Below, in pieces: positions 6,486 through 12,426 of a stretch of DNA of 12,426 bases. Source of the stretch: a virus. Its lineage: Duplodnaviria > Heunggongvirae > Uroviricota > Caudoviricetes. The stretch's first letter is position 1. The number at the start of each line of letters is the position of its first letter. Made by a program: the position numbers and the translations under genes. The stretch is from IMG/VR virus record IMGVR_UViG_2690316131_000019; one strand, 5' to 3'. The notes below the pieces were generated by a model that saw only the letters and a program-made list of their open reading frames with translations, was not told the origin of the DNA and searched no databases.

Positions 6486-6743
6486 TTATCTGGTTTGTTT
6501 TCGTAATTGTTCGGCACAATAGTCGAGATGTGTTTGCAGATCCTGCATAGACATCTGTGAGCTGGTGACGTAGTTAATCAGTGCAGTCAGTTCGGCAAGT
6601 GGGCCATCGACATTAAATCCATCCTTATCGAGATCCCGGAGTAATTTCATCAAGAGCGATCCCTCCACCAGTGATCTGACGCCTCCCGGCGTGTGAATCC
6701 TTTCGGTAAATCCGTCTTCCAGTGGATAGTGATACTGCTGCAT
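6486..6743 (-). CDS. Small stand-alone antirepressor-like protein (85 aa), a free copy of the Ant C-terminal module
   Basis: ATG at 6743 with GGAGAAG SD. The product (..HTPGGVRSLVEGSLLMKLLRDLDKDGFNVDGPLAELTALINYVTSSQMSMQDLQTHLDY..) aligns with the shared C-terminal module of the two larger antirepressors (HSPSGVLGLTENSLLMNLLNQLQEDGHDVSGAAAELTTMFCYIVGVSKCLRDIQTHAEY) at roughly 40-45% identity by eye. Confidence 0.55.
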   Translation of the reverse strand: MQQYHYPLEDGFTERIHTPGGVRSLVEGSLLMKLLRDLDKDGFNVDGPLAELTALINYVTSSQMSMQDLQTHLDYCAEQLRKQTR

Positions 6744-6762
6744 CTTATCTTCTCCATGCAAT

Positions 6763-6782
6763 AACTGTACAAATATACAGTA
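6763..6782. promoter_or_regulatory. LexA (SOS) box just upstream of the small antirepressor-like gene
   Basis: AACTGTACAAATATACAGTA matches the consensus TACTGT(AT)4ACAGTA; CTGT-N8-ACAG is intact at 6765-6780. It lies about 8 nt upstream of the SD of the minus-strand gene that starts at 6743. Confidence 0.6.
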
Positions 6783-6938
6783 TCAAATAATTTGTTTGCT
6801 ATCCAGCACGTTTTGCAAATCACCTGAAAGGTAATATCTGTGTGTATTGATGATGTTTCTATCCATATATGGTTCATTGGGTAATAAAATAGCCAGATAT
6901 GCGGCGCAACGGGTGCTGCGACTATCTGGAGATTTAGC

Positions 6939-9227
6939 ATGACGGTCTCAACCGAAGTTGACCACAACGAATACACAGGTAACGGTGTTACGACATCATT
7001 TCCGTATACCTTCAGGATTTTCCAGAAATCTGATCTGGTAGTACAAGTGGTTGACCTTGATGAAAATATCACTGTTCTTGCTCTTGATACTGATTACACA
7101 GTTACCGGGGCGGGAGGATATAACGGTGGTAATGTAATTCTGTCGAAGGTGTTGGCTAACGGTTATCTGATTTCTATATATCGAGAGCTACCGGTTACGC
7201 AGGAAACTGATTTGCGTAATCAGGGTAAGTTCTTTGCAGAAGTGCATGAGAACGCTTTTGATAAGCTAACGATGCTGATCCAGCAGGTTCGAAATTGGTT
7301 CAGTCTGGCGCTACGAAAGCCGTCGTTCGTGGCTAATTATTACGACGCGATGAATAACTATATTCGTAATCTTCGTGACCCATCTAGGCCGCAAGATGCA
7401 GCAACGAAAAATTATGTTGACGGGCTTGCAGAAACAAACCTGAGCAGAACGCTACGAACTCCCGAACCGATATCAACTTTGCCCGGCGTTGAGCAACGTA
7501 AGAATAAGATTGTTGCAATGGATGATTCAGGGAACCCACTCATGGTTCTCCCGGAATCAGGTTCTGCATCTGATGTTATGATCGAGTTAGCAAAGCCAAC
7601 AGGGGCTAGTTTGATTAATACTAAAGATGGAGAAAATCTACAACTTAAAATTAATAAAATACCTCCCCTTTATGCTGAGGAGTTTGGTGATCTTACTGGA
7701 TTTGATGTTACTGACATATTTCAACATGCTATTGATACTGCATCTGCTCAATGCCGTGAATTAAGAGTAAGGACGCAAATTATAAATGTTAGGCAACTCA
7801 AACTCCCTAACAATACTATTTTAAATCTAGGCGTTTGTACTTTAAGGCAAATATCTAATACAAATAAGCCATTAATCAGGAATGATGTATTTGGATATGC
7901 GGATAAAGTTCATACAAACTTAAATATTACCATTATTGATGGGATTCTTGATTTTAATGGTTCAAACCAGTCTGACACTACGGCAACAGGAGAAGTTAAT
8001 GTCGGCTGTGCATTTTTTGGGGTGAAAGGCCTTCATTTTCGTGGCTCAACAAAATTCATTAATGCCAGACGTTATAGTTTTTTTGCTGCAAATTGTGCAA
8101 ACATTACTTTTGATGATCCGGTTGTTGAAAACGACCCGGAAATACCAAGTAGTAATAAAGATGGCTTACATTTTTGCGGAAAAATTTACGGTATTTCAAT
8201 AAAAAGTATTTATGTTTATAACCCAGAAGATGATGCACTAGCTATAAATGCTGATGATGTAGATCATGGTGGGGAATGGACTCGCGCTAACATTACTGGA
8301 GCAATAGATAATGTTTGGGTTGGGCAAGTTCGTGTGGATGGTCCTTCATCGCATAACGGTGTGCGTTTGCTAAGTGCGTCCCCCAACACCCCTATTTCAA
8401 ATGTGAAAATTGATTCAATTGTAGGTAAAGTAGATAATTATTTTCTTAATATTCAACCATACGGTTTAGGTACTTCATCGGTATACCACAATATTGATAT
8501 CGGAATTATAGGAGGAATATATTCTGTCAGAACCAATCCTGCATTTACTCATGGCATGGTAAATATCTACACTATGAAGCCGAACCCAGCAGTTTTGAAT
8601 AATATTCATATTGGTCAGATTTTTCGTGATCAGGAAATTGGCGATGGACAGGATCGTCCGACTGTACAGTTATGTGTTGAAAACACTTCTGTTACATTTG
8701 ATAAAATTGTCGAGCAGAATTGTGCTAATGATGCTGTCGTTAGGGTAACGGAGATAGGACCTTCGGCTTTTATAACTCTAAACGAAGCATACAAAAAATC
8801 CACCCGAACCTTAACTCCTGGTGTGTATGGTTCCATCGTAATTGTAAGTAATGTTAACGACAATCAACTTGAACACCTTAAAATTGGATTCAATTCTGCA
8901 GATAGACTACGTCACGTTGTATTGGCAAGGTCTGTAAAAATTAAACGTTTAGATATGTTTAGTGATGGTTCAGCAGACAATATCCCTCTGTATCTTGAAT
9001 CATCCCAGGTAACTAATCTGAATTGGAATAGTAGTGTTACATCCACTTATCAATTTACTGCACACCGCTATACGCTTTCAGGTGAATCGTCTGCTGTAAT
9101 ATTTGAACGCCCTGCTGTTACAGGTGGGAGTACTGCAGAACGTCCAGTAAATGCAATAATTGGTGACAGTTTCTATGATACAACAACGAATACTCGTGTG
9201 AACTGGAATGGTAGTGCTTGGGTTTAA
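6939..9227 (+). CDS. Tailspike / tail fibre protein with conserved N-terminal particle-binding domain and C-terminal beta-helix receptor-binding (probable polysaccharide depolymerase) domain
   Basis: 762-codon ORF with GGAG SD. The N-terminal ~150 aa (EYTGNGVTTSFPYTFRIFQKSDLVVQVVD...DTDYTV) fit the T7 gp17 / epsilon15-type tailspike anchor pattern as recalled. The downstream part is AT-rich with repetitive N/G/I/V-rich segments typical of a right-handed beta-helix. Confidence 0.8.
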   Translation: MTVSTEVDHNEYTGNGVTTSFPYTFRIFQKSDLVVQVVDLDENITVLALDTDYTVTGAGGYNGGNVILSKVLANGYLISIYRELPVTQETDLRNQGKFFAEVHENAFDKLTMLIQQVRNWFSLALRKPSFVANYYDAMNNYIRNLRDPSRPQDAATKNYVDGLAETNLSRTLRTPEPISTLPGVEQRKNKIVAMDDSGNPLMVLPESGSASDVMIELAKPTGASLINTKDGENLQLKINKIPPLYAEEFGDLTGFDVTDIFQHAIDTASAQCRELRVRTQIINVRQLKLPNNTILNLGVCTLRQISNTNKPLIRNDVFGYADKVHTNLNITIIDGILDFNGSNQSDTTATGEVNVGCAFFGVKGLHFRGSTKFINARRYSFFAANCANITFDDPVVENDPEIPSSNKDGLHFCGKIYGISIKSIYVYNPEDDALAINADDVDHGGEWTRANITGAIDNVWVGQVRVDGPSSHNGVRLLSASPNTPISNVKIDSIVGKVDNYFLNIQPYGLGTSSVYHNIDIGIIGGIYSVRTNPAFTHGMVNIYTMKPNPAVLNNIHIGQIFRDQEIGDGQDRPTVQLCVENTSVTFDKIVEQNCANDAVVRVTEIGPSAFITLNEAYKKSTRTLTPGVYGSIVIVSNVNDNQLEHLKIGFNSADRLRHVVLARSVKIKRLDMFSDGSADNIPLYLESSQVTNLNWNSSVTSTYQFTAHRYTLSGESSAVIFERPAVTGGSTAERPVNAIIGDSFYDTTTNTRVNWNGSAWV

Positions 9228-9338
9228 TGTGTAAACAAAATAATCAAGCAAAAAGTGATTGTTAACCATATATGGGTTATTGTGTATGATGAACTTACCA
9301 ATAAGTGGGTTCATCATGCACGTTAAACGGTGGTTTTT

Positions 9339-9743
9339 ATGTCAGCTCAGCTAACCAGTGAGTCTTTAAATCAGTGGCTTAGTGCTAGTTCTCTGGTTGC
9401 AGTGATAGCAGGAGTTCCTCCTGAGGTTGCTTTAGGTGCCTTGGCTGGTGCGGTAATCTTTGTTACCTCTGCTGTCGAGTATCCGATCCGCCGACGAGTG
9501 CTCCTTTCTATGCTCAGCTTTCTTTGCGGCCTTCTCTTTTACAAACCAGCAGCATCAATTCTTATCGGCATAGCCAGCTTGATACCTACCATCACGCAGG
9601 ACTCTTTCGAGAAAGGGATTGTTTTCTCTGCTGGTGCATTCGTATCAGCAATTGTCGCAGTGCGTATTGGTATATGGCTTTATCACCGTTCCGATAATCC
9701 ACGAGAGTTAATTTCGGGGAGAAAAGACGATGGTAACGCATGA
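9339..9743 (+). CDS. Holin-like membrane protein (3-4 predicted TM segments)
   Basis: ATG at 9339 preceded by GGTGG with 6-nt spacing; the ORF track starts at a GTG at 9330. Several hydrophobic helices (VALGALAGAVIFVTSAV, LLSMLSFLCGLLFY, ASILIGIASLIPTI, IVFSAGAFVSAIVAV). Sits directly upstream of the endolysin. Confidence 0.45.
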   Translation: MSAQLTSESLNQWLSASSLVAVIAGVPPEVALGALAGAVIFVTSAVEYPIRRRVLLSMLSFLCGLLFYKPAASILIGIASLIPTITQDSFEKGIVFSAGAFVSAIVAVRIGIWLYHRSDNPRELISGRKDDGNA

Positions 9744-10038
9744 GCTTTTTTTGCTTATCACCAATGCAGTTATTTGTTCTGGAATAGCAATTCGTGTTGT
9801 CACATTCCGGCGTAACGGAGCTCAACATCGAAGATGGGGAGGGTGGCTTGCTTATTTCCTGATTGTTGCTGCGGCCAGTATTCCTGTTCGTGTCGTCTAT
9901 GCAATCTGGTTACGCACGCCAGTGGCTGTGGATTTATCTGAGGTCATTATCAATGCTGTCATGCTTGCCGCGGTTATTAAAACACGCGGTAACGTTGTTC
10001 AGATTTTCAAAATATCGAGGTCTAAACATGGAGATTAA
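9730..10038 (+). CDS. Holin-like membrane protein (second member, possible holin/antiholin pair)
   Basis: 102 codons; overlaps the previous gene by 14 nt and the endolysin start by 11 nt. Two to three hydrophobic helices and a charged C-terminus (KISRSKHGD). Confidence 0.45.
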   Translation: MVTHELFLLITNAVICSGIAIRVVTFRRNGAQHRRWGGWLAYFLIVAAASIPVRVVYAIWLRTPVAVDLSEVIINAVMLAAVIKTRGNVVQIFKISRSKHGD

Positions 10039-10657
10039 ACAATTCCAGCGAGCTGCTGGTATTAGAGAGGAGCTGGCCGCACGCTGGTTCTCGCATATAA
10101 CTTCTGCGATGAAAGAGTTTGGTATCAGCAAACCAGAAGCTCAGGCAATGTTTATTGCTCAGGTTGGGCATGAGTCTGGGGGCTTCACCCGGTTGCAGGA
10201 AAATTTCAACTACAGCGTCAGCGGACTGGCTAACTTCGTTCGGGCTGGGCGTCTCACTCAGGGACAGGCTAATGCACTGGGTCGCCGTGCAGGCGAACCA
10301 CCATTGCCACTTGAGCGCCAGAGAGCGATTGCCAATCTGGTGTACAGCAAACGCATGGGGAACAATGCCCCCGGCGATGGCTGGAATTACCGAGGTCGCG
10401 GACTTATCCAGATTACCGGTTTGAATAACTATCGTGACTGCGGAAACAGCTTGAAAGTGGACTTGCTGGAGAGCCCTGAACTGCTGGCGCAGGACGAATA
10501 CGCGGCTCGTAGCGCGGCGTGGTTCTTTTCCAGCAAAGGATGCATGAAGTATACCGGTGATATTGCACGTGTAACTCTGATTATCAATGGTGGCCGGAAC
10601 GGCATTGATGACCGTCGCGCGCGGTACGTCACTGCCAGTAAGGTGCTGGCGGTATGA
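10028..10657 (+). CDS. Endolysin, glycoside hydrolase family 19 (chitinase-like) type
   Basis: ATG at 10028 with GAGG SD; the ORF track extends to 9863, but the upstream part overlaps the holin genes and has no SD. Carries the hallmark [20 protein letters not shown]...[12 protein letters not shown] motifs of GH19 phage endolysins. Its stop overlaps the Rz start as ATGA. Confidence 0.8.
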   Translation: MEIKQFQRAAGIREELAARWFSHITSAMKEFGISKPEAQAMFIAQVGHESGGFTRLQENFNYSVSGLANFVRAGRLTQGQANALGRRAGEPPLPLERQRAIANLVYSKRMGNNAPGDGWNYRGRGLIQITGLNNYRDCGNSLKVDLLESPELLAQDEYAARSAAWFFSSKGCMKYTGDIARVTLIINGGRNGIDDRRARYVTASKVLAV

Positions 10658-11136
10658 TCTGGGCATTCGCAAAAGCATACTGGAAACAGTTGGTTATCCT
10701 GGCGATGCTTGCTGTTCTGGTCATATCAGGAGTTGTAGCCTGGAATGCACACGGCAGTCGTCAGTACGACGCCGGGTATGCGCAGGCTAAGGAAGACCGC
10801 AAAGCTGAAGATGAGAGAATTCGTCAGCACTACGAACAGGAGAAAGCGACCAATGAACGTGAAGCTCAGCAGAGGATCGACCAGGCGCGCAATGATGCTC
10901 TTGATGCTGCCGCTCGCGCTGGCAGGTTGCAGCAACAGCTCGTTGCCATCCGTGAGCAGCTCAGGCAGTATAACGCCATTGTCGGCGCTGGGGCGTCAGC
11001 CGCAGATACCGGAGTTTTGCTTGCCGACGTGCTCAGCAAATCTCTCGAGAGAAACAGACAACTGGCAGAGTATGCTGACCGGGCAGCCGAAGCCGGAAGA
11101 GTCTGCGAAAAACAGTATGACACCCTGACAAGATAG
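10654..11136 (+). CDS. Rz: Rz-like i-spanin
   Basis: N-terminal TM anchor ([21 protein letters not shown]) followed by a charged Ala/Gln/Arg-rich coiled-coil periplasmic domain. Immediately follows the endolysin. Confidence 0.7.
   Translation: MIWAFAKAYWKQLVILAMLAVLVISGVVAWNAHGSRQYDAGYAQAKEDRKAEDERIRQHYEQEKATNEREAQQRIDQARNDALDAAARAGRLQQQLVAIREQLRQYNAIVGAGASAADTGVLLADVLSKSLERNRQLAEYADRAAEAGRVCEKQYDTLTR
10853..11128 (+). CDS. Rz1: Rz1-like o-spanin lipoprotein, embedded in the +1 frame of Rz
   Basis: ATG at 10853 with AGGAG 10 nt upstream. Signal peptide with lipobox ([13 protein letters not shown]) and a short Pro/Ser-rich mature part. Entirely contained within Rz. Confidence 0.65.
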   Translation: MNVKLSRGSTRRAMMLLMLPLALAGCSNSSLPSVSSSGSITPLSALGRQPQIPEFCLPTCSANLSRETDNWQSMLTGQPKPEESAKNSMTP

Positions 11137-11289
11137 CATGGCATTTTTCATGGTACTGATTTCCGGTGACGGTATATAAAACGGTACTAAAAAAATGAGG
11201 TTTTGGAAAAATGTTATCACTCAATTGGTTATGGCTTCCGTAAATAATTGAGTGGGAATGATTTTAATCCCTGCACTATGAATGAACAA

Positions 11290-11318
11290 AACCCTCTGTT
11301 ACTATAGAGGGTTTTTTA
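11290..11318. terminator. Bidirectional rho-independent terminator between the convergent Rz and downstream minus-strand genes
   Basis: Stem AACCCTCT (11290-11297), 8-nt loop, stem AGAGGGTT (11306-11313), then TTTTTTAT on the plus strand; the minus-strand reading is followed by UUGUU. Confidence 0.55.
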
Positions 11319-11355
11319 TCTTCAAGAATCATAGGCTTGAAGTTACTAACATCGA

Positions 11356-11895
11356 TTAATTAAACCAGCTGTCCGATTTGTTCTCTTCTGCTTTGCCCAC
11401 GCTTTTCATCAGATCGCGACCGCCTTCAGTCATATTTCTGTTGGCGTCAGCTTCAGATTGCACCACATCGGTTTGCGCAGCTTTGTGCTTCAGTTCCTGA
11501 TCGATAAATTCGTTTTCTCGCTTAACGCGGGCTTCTTCTTTTGCCAGCGCCAGTTTTTGTTTCTGAATCTCTAAGCTGCGTAGCTCATCTTCATAACTTT
11601 GATCGCGTTTTTTGTCCGCAGAGGCTTCGGCGTCCAGTTTATCCTGACGAGCTTTCTTATTTGCCGCTGCCGTTGCCGCTCTTTTGTTAGCGGCGGCCTG
11701 GGCATTTGCGCGACGTTGCTTCTCTTGCTGGATTTCCCTGTTGCGCTCCGCGACCCATTCGTCATGCTGCCTTTGCTCTTCATTTTTACCTTGCTGTTCA
11801 GCTTCTGCTACAGCAGAGAGTTGATCCTGCAATGATGAGGCGATAGCCGGATAGCTTAAGGAGGCCAAGATGGCGCAAAGAAAAACTTTCTTCAT
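11356..11895 (-). CDS. Secreted, highly charged coiled-coil-like protein of unknown function
   Basis: 179-codon ORF with a classical signal peptide (MKKVFLCAILASLSYPAIA-SS) followed by Lys/Glu/Ala/Gln-rich low-complexity sequence. Confidence 0.5.
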   Translation of the reverse strand: MKKVFLCAILASLSYPAIASSLQDQLSAVAEAEQQGKNEEQRQHDEWVAERNREIQQEKQRRANAQAAANKRAATAAANKKARQDKLDAEASADKKRDQSYEDELRSLEIQKQKLALAKEEARVKRENEFIDQELKHKAAQTDVVQSEADANRNMTEGGRDLMKSVGKAEENKSDSWFN

Positions 11896-11910
11896 GACTC
11901 CTCCTGATTA

Positions 11911-12426
11911 TTAGCTCTTTTCAGGACATTTAGTATTTGGCTGAATACGCGTTTCGTTATACGTTGTGGTAATAACAACGGCTAAACCTGTCGTAAACTG
12001 GCACTCTTTACCCACCTGGGTAGAGGTATACACTTTGGTGCCTTCCTTATATGTTAAAGAAACACCTTCCACTAAGGTTTTATCATTCACCATAGAACCC
12101 ACTGCCGCGCCTACAGCTCCGCCGCCAACTGCCCCTGCCGTCGTTCCGGAATTGCTGCCAGAACCGACGTTGTGGCCGATAACACCGCCAGCGACTGCGC
12201 CAATAAGCGCGCCGAAGGCTTGTGCGTTCCGTTTATTTTGGGAGTTGTCTACGGCAACTTTTGCGGGAAGAATGGAAATAATATTAACGGTTTTAGTTTC
12301 TTGTTTGGTATTCAGTTGATCGGTTTGATAAACATCGGCGGCATGATCGTCAGCATTTGACTGGCATCCTGCCAGAGTGAATGACGCTAACATTGCCACA
12401 GGCAGAAGACATTTTTTAAATTTCAT
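11911..12426 (-). CDS. Outer-membrane lipoprotein of the glycine-zipper (SlyB/Pcp, YcfJ-like) family
   Basis: Lipobox (LASFTLAGC) and a central Gly-zipper (GALIGAVAGGVIGHNVGSG...GAVGGGAVGAAVGS) closely resembling recalled E. coli YcfJ (GSVLGAVAGGVIGHQFGGG) and SlyB. The start codon is the last three bases of the window. Confidence 0.6.
   Translation of the reverse strand: MKFKKCLLPVAMLASFTLAGCQSNADDHAADVYQTDQLNTKQETKTVNIISILPAKVAVDNSQNKRNAQAFGALIGAVAGGVIGHNVGSGSNSGTTAGAVGGGAVGAAVGSMVNDKTLVEGVSLTYKEGTKVYTSTQVGKECQFTTGLAVVITTTYNETRIQPNTKCPEKS

Noticed and set aside
6650-7072. 140-aa minus-strand ORF spanning the LexA box and the tailspike start
   Set aside because: It crosses a regulatory region and overlaps two better-supported genes. 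It is Trp/Cys/His-rich, like a chance frame.
9863-10027. Upstream extension of the endolysin ORF (start at 9863)
   Set aside because: The extension overlaps both holin-like genes in another frame and has no SD, whereas the ATG at 10028 has a GAGG SD and begins a recognisable GH19 N-terminus.
10022-10678. 218-aa minus-strand ORF antisense to the endolysin
   Set aside because: The plus frame carries unmistakable GH19 motifs; the antisense frame has no motif or SD and is likely a GC-rich shadow ORF.
10745-10852. N-terminal extension of the Rz1 frame (start at 10745)
   Set aside because: The upstream part has no signal-peptide character. The ATG at 10853 has an AGGAG SD and leads directly into the signal peptide and lipobox.
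11599-12360. Plus-strand ORFs 11599..11835, 11966..12319 and 12172..12360
   Set aside because: They are antisense to the two exported-protein genes, which have clear signal peptides and a lipobox; the Pro/Ala-rich antisense frames are typical shadows of Gly/Ala-rich coding sequence.
1-12426. CRISPR array or tandem direct-repeat array (including type III toxin-antitoxin-style RNA repeats)
   Set aside because: No regularly spaced direct repeats of 20-40 bp were seen; the only long repeats are the inverted pair at 4050..4304 and 5444..5698.

Overview
This window reads as the late-region end of an enterobacterial temperate phage or prophage with a podovirus-type tail, interrupted by a large accessory island. 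Left to right: the 3' part of a large virion DNA-ejection/internal protein gene (1..1890); an AT-rich accessory island (1.9-6.9 kb) laid out like the P22 immI region, with a membrane protein, an Mnt-like and an Arc-like ribbon-helix-helix repressor on divergent overlapping promoters, a probable sar-like antisense RNA, and a P22 Ant-like antirepressor; a 1.1-kb cassette bracketed by ~255-bp inverted repeats that carries a YafO-like toxin-domain gene and small ORFs; a second antirepressor (Bro-N type) and a third, stand-alone copy of the shared antirepressor C-terminal module sitting directly behind a near-consensus LexA box; a tailspike gene (6939..9227) with a conserved N-terminal anchor and an AT-rich beta-helix receptor domain; a lysis cassette (two holin-like genes, a GH19 endolysin, and Rz with embedded Rz1); and two convergent genes for exported proteins (a charged secreted protein and a SlyB/YcfJ-like lipoprotein). 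No rRNA, tRNA or CRISPR array was seen. All calls are from reading the sequence and from remembered family features; no database search was run.
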